A DNA stretch of 64,000 nt from Nitrospirota bacterium (GTDB lineage Bacteria > Nitrospirota > UBA9217). The notes beneath the pieces are model-generated. The model saw only the letters and a list, made by a program, of their open reading frames with translations, was not told the DNA's origin and ran no database searches. Positions within the stretch are counted from its first letter, which is position 1; the number at the start of each line of letters is the position of its first letter. Below, in pieces: positions 20,244 to 29,800 of the stretch. The translations under genes were made by a program, and so were the position numbers. The DNA is taken from NCBI GenBank assembly GCA_963663225.1, contig OY760142.1, forward strand, positions 1,024,001-1,088,000, given 5' to 3'.

Positions 20244-21965
20244 ATGCGTATTCTTCGCATTTCCATGGCACAGATCAATCCCACCGTAGGAGACCTCGCG
20301 GGCAACAGGGACAAAATTATTGCGTGCATTCTCCGTGCAAAAAAACTCGGCGCCGATATCGTCGCGTTCACGGAACTGGCTGTCACAGGATATCCGCCGG
20401 AAGATCTGCTGCTCAAGCCCCAGTTTGTCAAAGACAATCTGCGCACCTTACGGGAAATCACCAAAGCCACACAGGGAATCACAGCCGTCGTCGGTTTTGT
20501 CGACGTGAACGAATACTTGTACAACGCCGCGGCAGTCATCTCCCGCGGAAAGTTGTTGTATGTTTATCATAAAATGCTGCTGCCAAATTACGGCGTGTTT
20601 GACGAATATCGGTATTTCAAACCCGGCAAACGCTGTCCGATCATCGTTGTCAATGGTGTTCCCGTCGGAATCAATGTCTGCGAGGACATCTGGTATCCGG
20701 ACGGACCGACACATACGCAGGCGCTGGCTGGGGCGGAAGTCATCGTCAACATCAATGCTTCTCCGTATCATAAAGGAAAAGGACGCGAGCGGATGCGGAT
20801 GCTTGCCGACCGGGCCCGTGAAAACGGAATTTATATTGCATATACAAACGCAGTGGGCGGACAGGATGAGCTTGTTTTTGACGGCCACAGCCTCCTCGTT
20901 GACCCGAAAGGAAAGGTGCTTGCGACAGGCAGACAATTTGAGGAAGATTTTGTTACGTGCGATGTCAGGCTTCCTGCTCTTTCGAGCCGCGGCAAGTCTG
21001 CGACTTCGGAGTCCCTTTCCCGGGAGCACCTCGACTCCGTCGATACTGTCTTGATCTCCACCGGTACATCAAGAAAAAAAATACTGCCTCCGCCACGAAT
21101 CGAAAAAGCTTACGCTCCTGTACAGGAAGTGTACCACGCGCTCGTTCTCGGGACTCGCGATTACCTCAAAAAAAATGGTTTCAAGTCCGCGGTAATCGGC
21201 CTGTCGGGCGGGATCGATTCTTCCTTGGTCGCCGCCGTGGCATGCGCGGCAATTGGAAAGAACCAGGTGGCCGGTGTTTTCATGCCGTCTCCGTACAGCT
21301 CTCGTGAAAGCCGCGAAGACGCCATTCTGCTCGCGCGCAATCTGGGCATGAAAATGCTGACCATCCCCATCCATCAGCCGTTCGATGCGTATTTGAACAC
21401 GCTGCGCGGTGCGTTCGCAGGCACCCGGCAGGACGTAACCGAGGAAAACCTGCAGGCACGTATCCGGGGAAACATTCTCATGGCGCTCTCGAATAAGTTC
21501 GGGTGGCTGGTACTCACGACCGGAAACAAAAGTGAAATGGCAACGGGGTATGCCACCCTCTATGGAGACATGGCGGGCGGTTTTGCCGTAATCAAGGACG
21601 TGCCGAAAACGCTGGTGTACGATGTATCCCGATATGTGAACCGTCTTGCGGAAAAAGCCGTCATTCCAAAACGAGTGCTTGCCAAGGCTCCCACGGCAGA
21701 GCTCCGCCCCAATCAGAAGGACAGCGATTCGCTCCCGGTTTATGATCTCCTCGATCCCATTCTCAAGGCATACGTAGAGGACGACAAGGACTTCGATGAA
21801 ATGTTAAATATGGGTTTTGACCGAAAGACCGTGGAGCGGGTCATTCATCTTGTTGATTCCAGCGAGTACAAGCGTCGCCAGGCCCCTCCCGGTGTCAAAA
21901 TCACTGCCCGGGGATTGGGAAAAGACCGGCGGTTCCCGATCACCAACCGCTATAGAAGCTATTGA
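20244..21965 (+). CDS. nadE: Glutamine-dependent NAD+ synthetase
   Basis: Nitrilase-like N-domain (ELAVTGYPPEDL, K..LPNYGVFDE, CEDIW), plus SGGIDS, ENLQARIRG, TGNKSE, EYKRRQAP. Confidence 0.95.
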   Translation: MRILRISMAQINPTVGDLAGNRDKIIACILRAKKLGADIVAFTELAVTGYPPEDLLLKPQFVKDNLRTLREITKATQGITAVVGFVDVNEYLYNAAAVISRGKLLYVYHKMLLPNYGVFDEYRYFKPGKRCPIIVVNGVPVGINVCEDIWYPDGPTHTQALAGAEVIVNINASPYHKGKGRERMRMLADRARENGIYIAYTNAVGGQDELVFDGHSLLVDPKGKVLATGRQFEEDFVTCDVRLPALSSRGKSATSESLSREHLDSVDTVLISTGTSRKKILPPPRIEKAYAPVQEVYHALVLGTRDYLKKNGFKSAVIGLSGGIDSSLVAAVACAAIGKNQVAGVFMPSPYSSRESREDAILLARNLGMKMLTIPIHQPFDAYLNTLRGAFAGTRQDVTEENLQARIRGNILMALSNKFGWLVLTTGNKSEMATGYATLYGDMAGGFAVIKDVPKTLVYDVSRYVNRLAEKAVIPKRVLAKAPTAELRPNQKDSDSLPVYDLLDPILKAYVEDDKDFDEMLNMGFDRKTVERVIHLVDSSEYKRRQAPPGVKITARGLGKDRRFPITNRYRSY

Positions 21966-22006
21966 TCGCCAGTGTATCACAATTTTTTATCGTTCCCGGA
22001 TCTTCC

Positions 22007-22834
22007 ATGAAAACAGGAACTCTTTACATAGTCGCCACGCCCATCGGGAATTTAGAAGACATAACGTTCCGTGCGCTTCGTATTCTCAAAGAAGCGGATA
22101 TTATTGCCGCGGAGGACACTCGCCACACGCAAAAGCTGCTGAACAAATACGAAATTGACACGCCGCTTACCAGTTATCACGATCATAACAAGCATGAAAA
22201 AGCACCCATTCTCGTCGCGCGCCTGCTTGACGGCAAGAACGTCGCCCTCGTATCAGATGCGGGGACGCCGGGAATTTCCGACCCGGGGTATGTTTTAATC
22301 AATCTCGCGGTAGACCAGCAGGTACCGGTGGTACCGGTTCCCGGCGCCACCGCGGCCATTACGGCGCTTTCGATATCCGGCCTGCCGACTGACAGTTTTC
22401 GCTTTGCAGGTTTCCTCCCCCAAAAGCACTGCGCACGCCTTGCCCGCCTTCGTGCGCTTGCAAAAGATGAATGCACAATCATTTTCTATGAAGCACCGCA
22501 CAAGATCATCAGGACAATCAGTGAAATGCTCGAGAGCTTCGGCGACCGCCGCGCCGTAATCACCCGCGAGCTTACCAAAATTCACGAGCAGGTTCTCCGG
22601 GGAACGCTTTCGGAGATTTTGATACAGCTGGAGAAAGGACCGCTGAAAGGCGAATTTACCATTATTGTCCACGGTTCCTCAGCAGAACCGCACGAGCAAA
22701 TTGTCAGTACGGTGGAATATCTGAAAGACCTCGTGACGCAGCGAGGGTTAACTAAAAAAGAAGCCATCGCAACCGCAGCGGATGAACTGGGATTGCCGAA
22801 AAAGGAAGTCTACAAGGAAAGTCTAAGTATGTAA
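22007..22834 (+). CDS. rsmI: 16S rRNA (cytidine1402-2'-O)-methyltransferase
   Basis: LYIVATPIGNLEDIT, AAEDTR, VSDAGTPGISDPG, RELTKIHE, KGEF. Confidence 0.96.
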   Translation: MKTGTLYIVATPIGNLEDITFRALRILKEADIIAAEDTRHTQKLLNKYEIDTPLTSYHDHNKHEKAPILVARLLDGKNVALVSDAGTPGISDPGYVLINLAVDQQVPVVPVPGATAAITALSISGLPTDSFRFAGFLPQKHCARLARLRALAKDECTIIFYEAPHKIIRTISEMLESFGDRRAVITRELTKIHEQVLRGTLSEILIQLEKGPLKGEFTIIVHGSSAEPHEQIVSTVEYLKDLVTQRGLTKKEAIATAADELGLPKKEVYKESLSM

Positions 22835-22927
22835 CAACCATTTGGTCGCGACTTTTTTATTCTTTCTACCAATAGAAAAACAAAAAACTCCTCCCGACAA
22901 AGCACCAGACTTCCAGTTTTGCATATA

Positions 22928-22967
22928 AAGTGAATTAGCCCGCCCCTTGGGGCGGGCTAATTCACTT
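22928..22967. terminator. Long perfect inverted repeat, probable terminator at the distal end of the accessory locus
   Basis: AAGTGAATTAGCCCGCCCC-TT-GGGGCGGGCTAATTCACTT (19-bp arms), overlapping the stop of the 719-aa gene and lying between convergent genes. Confidence 0.65.
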
Positions 22968-25125
22968 ATCTCTCTTCCAGCCGGATGTAATCCACCACCA
23001 GCCTTTGTTCCGTGGGGACTGCCGCGTCACAAAGAATGTTCTGGACAATACTGATACTGTCTAGAGAAACAGGCTGTAAAACAGGCCCAGCCTTCGCAAG
23101 AACATCATAAAACGCTATTCTGAAATCCTCACCAAGTGGTACATACTCATCAATCGCAGTATAGCTCTCATTGCCACGGGTCGTAAAGTTGATTGACCGC
23201 GTTGATCCATCACCCATTCTTGCCTTGGCGACTACTCCCTGATATGCACCTGTCACCCACCCTCCGTTGCAAGGGCCCGATATCTGTTGATTAACGTCCA
23301 TCGTATCTATTCTGAGGTTAATACGTGTAGCTGGAGTTATTGCATAGGGAAAAACATCGGCGAACGCGCAGTCTAGCGGATATTCGCCAAAGTAACAATG
23401 ACGATTACCTCCAGGATCAGTTGCAGTCCGGCTCGGGATTCCTATGTAACTGTGATTACTCCATAAAACACCGGAATTCTCTTTAATCAGTCTCCCGTTG
23501 TCAACACGATGGCTTTGGTCAGTGGCCGGATACATGGTCATCGCACCAAAGCGTGTTTGGACCCAGGCATGATTGCCGGTTAGTCCGTTGTCCCATTCCT
23601 CCCTCCACCATCGAACCGCTTTTCCTGCGACCGCACCCTCTTCATTCCCCATCCTGCCCTGAAATACGAGAAAATAAGTGTTTTTTTCTTTTGGCGCCGG
23701 GGTTGTCGGTGTGGGGAATGTGACCTGCGCGCTCTGTCCGGGAATGGTTTGCTGTCCATTTTGGATGGCTGGTCCAATAGTGATGTTTTCCCATTTGGCA
23801 ATAAGAATGCGGTTGCTGCTCTCATCGTCATAGTAGAGGCTGAAGGTGCCGGAGACGTCCTCAGTGCTGCTGTTGATAAGGGCATACTGATCCATGGTTT
23901 CGCCGGCCGGCACGAGGCTTAGCTGCCCCCGGAAGAAGTAGTTCAACAACCCCGCGCTGTAGCCTACGGCGCGGGGGAGAAGCTCCTGGGCATAGGTTTC
24001 ATGCACATTGTCGTCAAGCACAAGCGCTACATTGGGAATGTTGGCATTCAGGCACGCACTACTGCCCAGGCAGGCCCAGTACTGCATCAGAGGGCTGACA
24101 CGCCCGAAATGGTCGCATCCGTTCGCAGACATTCCTTTTCTGCTGATATATTTTTTCTTGTACATGACGCCAAGGGGACCGGTTGCCTCTTCTTCGCATA
24201 TCTCGTAACCGGCGCTGGTGACGAACGGATTGGGGAAAAGGTGCGGCCTCGTCACACCATTGCTGGGGATCGTGTAGTCGCTGAAGTAGTTGGCGTTGGC
24301 AAATTCAGACAAACCGATTGACCAGCTTGTGGACGGATTGCTGCCCGTGTAGGTATCCGTGTCCCAGAATTTCGTAACGCTCATATCGGCAAAGGAAGGC
24401 ATGGGAACACTTTGCAGGTTGGTTATGAGGACCGATTTTCTGCTTATGTAACGCTCAAACGGCTGGACAAAAAAATCTGTATTTATACTGAGCAGGTGCG
24501 ACTCGAAATCGTTTCGCACGTGCGCCGGAACGGCCATGTCTTGTACAAGGTGCATCACCTGCCCCATAGCCTGAAATGTTTTTGCGAAGTTTATTTCTCT
24601 CATCTCACTACTTCCGGACGTCAACGCCAGATAGAAATACTTCCTCGCATTGTCCCACGTGTTGGGTTCGCGGATGTCCGGCCATTGGGGAAAGGCCTGC
24701 TTTCCACCACCAGGCGAAGGCGATAAATACCCCGTTCCCCACGTCACCGCTGAATAACGCGTCCAAAACGTACACCCACTCTCCGCCCACAACGGATCAT
24801 CGCTCATTCCGGACTGCTCCCACGGCAACAACGGATTATGAAAATGATTCGCGCGACGGCAAACGACAGTATCTTCATCGGTAGAACCTTTTTTTAACAG
24901 TTCAATTACAGTGCTTTTGGGGTCTTGTGAATCCGAAGGAAACCGAGAAGTAAGCCCTTTTTCTAATCCTAATGCAGCTTTCAAATAGATATTAAGATTC
25001 GAAATGTCTCTTATAGCTTTTTCGCTAATTTGTGGATGCGTAATTTGCTCTTCAAACGCGAAGGAGGCAATCGGTGAAAAAATGATGGAGAGACATATTA
25101 ATGAGGGCGCTATTTGCTTCTTCAT
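22966..25125 (-). CDS. Secreted Zn-dependent phospholipase C / S1-P1 nuclease-like protein with C-terminal beta-rich domains (full-length copy, B2)
   Basis: Signal peptide ending SFA, then mature N-terminus FEEQITH. DED, NHFHNP, HLVQD, PAH and H..FE occur in the order of the trinuclear Zn ligands of the PLC/P1 fold. Confidence 0.6.
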   Translation of the reverse strand: MKKQIAPSLICLSIIFSPIASFAFEEQITHPQISEKAIRDISNLNIYLKAALGLEKGLTSRFPSDSQDPKSTVIELLKKGSTDEDTVVCRRANHFHNPLLPWEQSGMSDDPLWAESGCTFWTRYSAVTWGTGYLSPSPGGGKQAFPQWPDIREPNTWDNARKYFYLALTSGSSEMREINFAKTFQAMGQVMHLVQDMAVPAHVRNDFESHLLSINTDFFVQPFERYISRKSVLITNLQSVPMPSFADMSVTKFWDTDTYTGSNPSTSWSIGLSEFANANYFSDYTIPSNGVTRPHLFPNPFVTSAGYEICEEEATGPLGVMYKKKYISRKGMSANGCDHFGRVSPLMQYWACLGSSACLNANIPNVALVLDDNVHETYAQELLPRAVGYSAGLLNYFFRGQLSLVPAGETMDQYALINSSTEDVSGTFSLYYDDESSNRILIAKWENITIGPAIQNGQQTIPGQSAQVTFPTPTTPAPKEKNTYFLVFQGRMGNEEGAVAGKAVRWWREEWDNGLTGNHAWVQTRFGAMTMYPATDQSHRVDNGRLIKENSGVLWSNHSYIGIPSRTATDPGGNRHCYFGEYPLDCAFADVFPYAITPATRINLRIDTMDVNQQISGPCNGGWVTGAYQGVVAKARMGDGSTRSINFTTRGNESYTAIDEYVPLGEDFRIAFYDVLAKAGPVLQPVSLDSISIVQNILCDAAVPTEQRLVVDYIRLEER
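24618..24852. repeat. 235-bp direct repeat R1, copy a (inside B2)
   Basis: Matches 25736-25970 with 4 mismatches by manual alignment. Confidence 0.95.
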
Positions 25126-25691
25126 TTGGTTTGCCCTTTCATTCTTTTTTGATCTTTTTCGTTTTGTTCTTTGATAACCTTGTCTTCTTCCGCTACTGAA
25201 TACATTTTGAAGAATAATTGTTTTCTTTCTGAATCGATCGTGCTATTAATAGCTCCTGTTGTAAACATATAATGATCTGTATAACTATAGGTGGTTTTAA
25301 ATTTCTCCAGCATATATCTATTATTTGATGCCCATTGAAAATCTTTTCTATTTTCCCAAGTAGGGAATATATTTCTGCTGCTCCATGTTACAAAGCCTTT
25401 TTTATAAACAGCCAAATCCGGCTTTTCTACAAACGACCTGTAACATCCCGGCAGATCGAATTTCCCGTCTTTGTCCGTCAGCACCTCTGCAACCTTCACC
25501 GACTCCGTATGCTTGTCGCCGATCCCTTTCTTGATCGTCCACTCCACAAGCACTACAGCACCTTCAATCGGTTTTCCGGTCTCCGCATCCACGACCGTCC
25601 CCGTAATAGGAAGATAAGCGCATCCTTTGACATAACCGGCCAGAAGCGCCGCAATAATAATTGATGTGATAATTACTTTCTTGTTTTTCAT
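25122..25691 (-). CDS. N-anchored carboxypeptidase-regulatory-like (prealbumin-fold) domain protein, copy A2
   Basis: Hydrophobic N-terminus, ITGTVVDAETGKPIEGAVV, TDKDGKF, YKKG. ATGA-coupled to B2. Confidence 0.75.
   Translation of the reverse strand: MKNKKVIITSIIIAALLAGYVKGCAYLPITGTVVDAETGKPIEGAVVLVEWTIKKGIGDKHTESVKVAEVLTDKDGKFDLPGCYRSFVEKPDLAVYKKGFVTWSSRNIFPTWENRKDFQWASNNRYMLEKFKTTYSYTDHYMFTTGAINSTIDSERKQLFFKMYSVAEEDKVIKEQNEKDQKRMKGQTK
25468..25691. repeat. 224-bp direct repeat R2, copy a (5' part of A2)
   Basis: Matches 26577-26800 with about 12 mismatches, only one of them non-synonymous (A/V). Confidence 0.93.
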
Positions 25692-25733
25692 ACCCCCCCC
25701 AGGAAAGTTTATTTCATTGTCAGTATTTACCTT

Positions 25734-26237
25734 CTACGTCAACGCCAGATAGCAATACTTCCTCGCATTGTCCCACGTGTTGGGTTCGCGGATGTCCGGC
25801 CATTGGGGAAAGGCCTGCTTGCCACCACCAGGCGCAGGCGATAAATACCCCGTTCCCCACGTCACCGCTGAATAACGCGTCCAAAACGTACACCCACTCT
25901 CCGCCCACAACGGATCATCGCTCATTCCGGACTGCCCCCACGGCAACAACGGATTATGAAAATGATTCGCCCTGCGGCAGGGCTCGAAGTCTTCGAGTTC
26001 AGCGCCTTTTCTCAATAAAACCAAAATGTCGTCAGCAGAATACGATGGGACCTTTGCTTGAATTCCATCTTTAAAACTCAAATTGCTTTTGAGATATTGA
26101 TCGAGTATAGAGATTTTAATGGCGATTTTCGTAAGCTCTGGATGAGTAACTTTTTCATCATAAGCCAACCCATTACGAGCGCATAAAAATAATATTGAAC
26201 AACAAATAGCCCAACATAGGAACGTTCTCTTTATCAT
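25734..26237 (-). pseudogene. Truncated paralog of the PLC/P1-like gene (B1): alternative N-terminus, stops at TAG after YLALT
   Basis: Own signal peptide and YDEKVTH N-terminus, then the NHFHNP..YLALT block almost identical to B2. Lacks the HxxxD and H..E ligands. Confidence 0.8.
25736..25970. repeat. 235-bp direct repeat R1, copy b (inside B1)
   Basis: Matches 24618-24852 at offset 1118. Confidence 0.95.
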
Positions 26238-26800
26238 CGTCTACCCCCGCTATCGCCTCTTTGCTTTACATCGCGTTCTTTTATAGCCTTTGCTCTTTCC
26301 CACTCGTTATAAGCTTTAAAAAATAATTTCTTTTGGTTAGTTGCGCTTTCGGGACGCACAGCACTTGTTATAAAATAATAGTGATCATCAAAACTGAAGG
26401 AGCTCCTAACTTGCTCTAATTTAAATACAGCCCCGCTCTTCCATTGAAAATCAGTTCTTCTTTCGTTCTTAGAGAAAACATAATTGCTGCTCCACGCCAC
26501 ATACCCCTTCTTGTAAATTGTAAGATCTGGTGCTTCTATGAATGGTCTATAGCATCCTGGTAGGTCAAACTTGCCATCTTTGTCCGTCAGCACCTCTGCA
26601 ACCTTCACCGATTCCGTATGCTTGTCGCCGATCCCTTTCTTGATCGTCCATTCCACAAGCACAACAGCGCCTTCGATCGGTTTTCCGGTCTCCGCATCCA
26701 CAACCGTACCCGTAATAGGCAGATAAGCGCATCCTTTGACATAACCGACCAAAAGTGCCGCAATAATAATTGACGTGATAATTACTTTCTTGTTTTTCAT
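26234..26800 (-). CDS. N-anchored carboxypeptidase-regulatory-like domain protein, copy A1
   Basis: First ~84 aa identical to A2 except one residue; C-terminal half diverged. ATGA-coupled to B1. Confidence 0.75.
   Translation of the reverse strand: MKNKKVIITSIIIAALLVGYVKGCAYLPITGTVVDAETGKPIEGAVVLVEWTIKKGIGDKHTESVKVAEVLTDKDGKFDLPGCYRPFIEAPDLTIYKKGYVAWSSNYVFSKNERRTDFQWKSGAVFKLEQVRSSFSFDDHYYFITSAVRPESATNQKKLFFKAYNEWERAKAIKERDVKQRGDSGGRR
26577..26800. repeat. 224-bp direct repeat R2, copy b (5' part of A1)
   Basis: Matches 25468-25691 at offset 1109. Confidence 0.93.
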
Positions 26801-26865
26801 GAAAACCTCTGCTTAAATAGCTGATAGTTGTCTGATATAGTATGCCTTTCTATAAAATACTTTTT

Positions 26866-29800
26866 TCAAAAAGCCCTGATTTTCCATAATCCATTTCTAC
26901 CCTTGACAAAAAGAACGGCATAGGCAGAAACACTGCCGTTTTCCTGACGGATGGCTTCGTATTGTGCGTCTATTGTTCCGACGCTTACTGTTATTAAATC
27001 CGTAAAAGCTGAAAATATCGCTGTAAGGCCTTCACTTCCTATTTGATTGAAAATAGTTCTATATCGATCTTTGCTCGTATCAATAAAATAATTGAGTGCA
27101 GCCTCTATACTCCCCGCCAGAACCGCCCCTTTCATTGCCTCCCACTTGGCTTTGAGGAGCGTATCCATCGTGCTTCTATCCAGCACATTCACGATTGCCG
27201 TTTCCGTGTACGTATTTCCCAGTGTATCAGTAACTGTTACGGTTGGAAAGTATAGCCCCGGGATCCGGTAGCTTGCCGTGATTTGGGTGAGCGTTGCTCC
27301 TTGCTGCTCCGCGATCCCGTCGCCGTTCGTGTCGTAGGAGTAGTTTGCGATCGTGCCGGTGATATGGGACTCTACATTAATCGTGGTTTCAAAGCCGGTT
27401 GTCCCGTCTGTTTTTGTTGTCATAATTCCGCTTGTTGGATTGGCGGTGAATCTCACCCGCTCCTGAATGCTGTCCGTGTTGATCGTTATCGTTGCCTGTT
27501 CCTGGATACCGTATATGTTGGTCGCCGTCGCTGTTATGGTGTTCGGTCCTTGCTGGAGCGAGATTATGGCCGCAAAACTGCTGCCTTGCTGCTCTGCTTG
27601 GACGCCGTTTACGGTTATGCCTATTTCCTGATTTGCCGGATAGTTTATCGTTCCTCGTATAAGCGCAGTGGATTTATTGATTGTTGTTCCTGTTGGTGGT
27701 GAAACTATCTGTATCCCAAACTGGTGTTGCACGGTGACAGGGAAGTTTTGCTCTGTCACATTCCCGGCTCCGTCTGTTATGCGGATTGTGACAGTGTGGT
27801 TGCCGGATGCAAGTGTGAAGGTTTCAAGACTGAACGTATACGGCCCCTGGGTGAGCGTTGTTCTTACAATGTTGTCCACAAGCAAAGTCACGCTCCGGAT
27901 GCCGGATAGGACATCTGAGGCTGTAACTGTTATGGTTGCTGTACCCGTGAGCACTGCATTGGCGGTGATTCCGGTAACCGTTGCCGTGGGCGGCTCCTGG
28001 TCAAGGATGACTGTCCGGCTAAGAGTGCTGCTGTTGCCTGCCCGGTCGGTCGCGGTGAACAGAAGTGTGTTGATACCGTTCGTCAACGCGGCTGTTCCAG
28101 TGAAACCGCTTCCGCTCATGGTCAGCGGTTGCGCTGCTCCGGTATTTACGGTTACTGTTGCTGTTCCGGGGTTCTGGTCAATGATGGTGCCGGCTATATT
28201 GACTGTCTGGCTGTTGGTGACTGTTCCCTCTCCTGGTGCTGTTATGCTGATCTGCGGTGACGTGGTGTCGCGAATAACCGAAATAATCACGGAGTTCCGA
28301 TTCAGTGCCGGGTCTGTCGCGGACACACCAATATACTGGATTCCTTCCCCGGGCCTCATGTTGTATGGGAATGAAAACGTGCCGTTTGTGACGGGTATAT
28401 TTGCTCCATCCGAATCAAGTTGAACGACCGCTGCAGGATCGTCCACCGTCCCGGTTACGGTGATGGTCGGGCTGTTCGTAATGGTCCCGTCCGGTGGTGA
28501 GGTAATAGCAATGTTTGGAGCGATTGTGTCTTTGATGAACGTAACGGTTGCGGCAGTCTGGTTCCCCTGTTCAGGTGTCATTGTGATGGTGACCGGATAG
28601 GGACCGTCCGGACCGGACAACCGCATTCTGGCCCAGAAAAACGTGTCTGTCCACCCTGCCTGCAGGATTCTGCCCCGGTTGTAGATATATCCTCCGGAAA
28701 TCAACGGGATGCCATCAACGACTACGGTTGCATCTGTATCATTCACCCGGCCCAGGATGTATCCGCGTTCATAGTGTACATGGCCCAGCGGGACTTGCTG
28801 TGCACATCCCGCCACTGGCGGATGGGGCTGCTGTTCCAGGTAGGCTTCTGGACAGACCAGGAGTGCGCCGCTGTCCGGCGTATTGTACGTGACGTGAACT
28901 GTATCTGTTGCCTTCTGCCGGACACGGTTGGTTGCTGTGGCGGTTATGGTATTGTTCCCGGAGGCGAGAGCTACCCCGGCTGCCTCAAAGTCTAGATTCG
29001 TGACCGTTGCCTGTATCCCGTTCACCTCCACTGTTGCCGTGGGATCGGTTATGGTGCCCCTGACGGTGATCGGCGAGGTTTCAAACACTGCTCCATCTAC
29101 GGGCTCGGTTATGGTAATGCCGATTTTAGGCAGTCCGATGTCCAGGGCCCGGATATTGATGTACCCCGGGACCTGAAGAAGCAGGTCTCCGACGTCACTC
29201 CCTTTAAATAGCGTGTCTTTGGTGGCAACCCAGACGGTATTGTCAGCAGAGTCAACTGCTATGGCAATAAATTCCGCGCTGCAGGTACTGGATTGGGCAG
29301 TCTGTCTATTTACGGTACCGGAACTGACAGTTGCAGTTGCCGATACATTATTCTGTTGGCTGCTCGGGCAGAGCGGTACTGTAAGCAACTTCTGATTGTC
29401 CTTGCTGTATTTATGCACCTCATTGACGGTGACAATCCACAAACTGCCGGTTGCCGTATTTACTTCCATGTCACGGATTCCGGCAATCTCCCCAGTGCGG
29501 AAAAGCTCCTGGCCCAGAGCGTCTAGTTTGCCGAGTCCTTCTTCTGTTCCTACCCACAAGGCATGGGATGCGGGGTCTGCCGCTAGGGCGGTGATGGATA
29601 TGCTATCGCCAGCCGGAACGCTGAATAATGCCGTGCCGTCTGGCGCGTATTTGGTTATCTTGTGCACTTCCGCCATCCAGCAACTCCCATCGGACACGTC
29701 AACGGAAACCGCGGTTATGCCGCCGAAGCCGCCAATCCGGAAAACCTCCTGATTACCATAAGATAGTTTGAGCAGCTCTCCTCCGGACCCTATCCAGACC

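Noticed and set aside
24608-25908. Duplicated 60/62-aa ORFs MGGEWVYVLDALF...
   Set aside because: They are alternative-frame readings of the 235-bp repeat inside B1/B2, not independent genes.
24618-25970. 235-bp near-identical pair as a diversity-generating retroelement TR/VR
   Set aside because: The 4 mismatches are not adenine-specific on one strand (A,T,A,T in copy a on +), the repeat is not at the gene's 3' end, and no reverse transcriptase is in the window.
25122-26237. Programmed amber readthrough fusing B1 to A2
   Set aside because: The frames do match, but A2 has its own N-terminal hydrophobic anchor, the linker looks like decayed B sequence, and no recoding machinery is visible. 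A one-in-three coincidence suffices.
27668-28423. Long antisense ORFs (this one, 35452-36375, 40039-40938, 43078-43845, 46556-47428 and similar)
   Set aside because: They lie opposite well-supported genes, lack recognisable motifs, and are expected shadows of biased codon usage.
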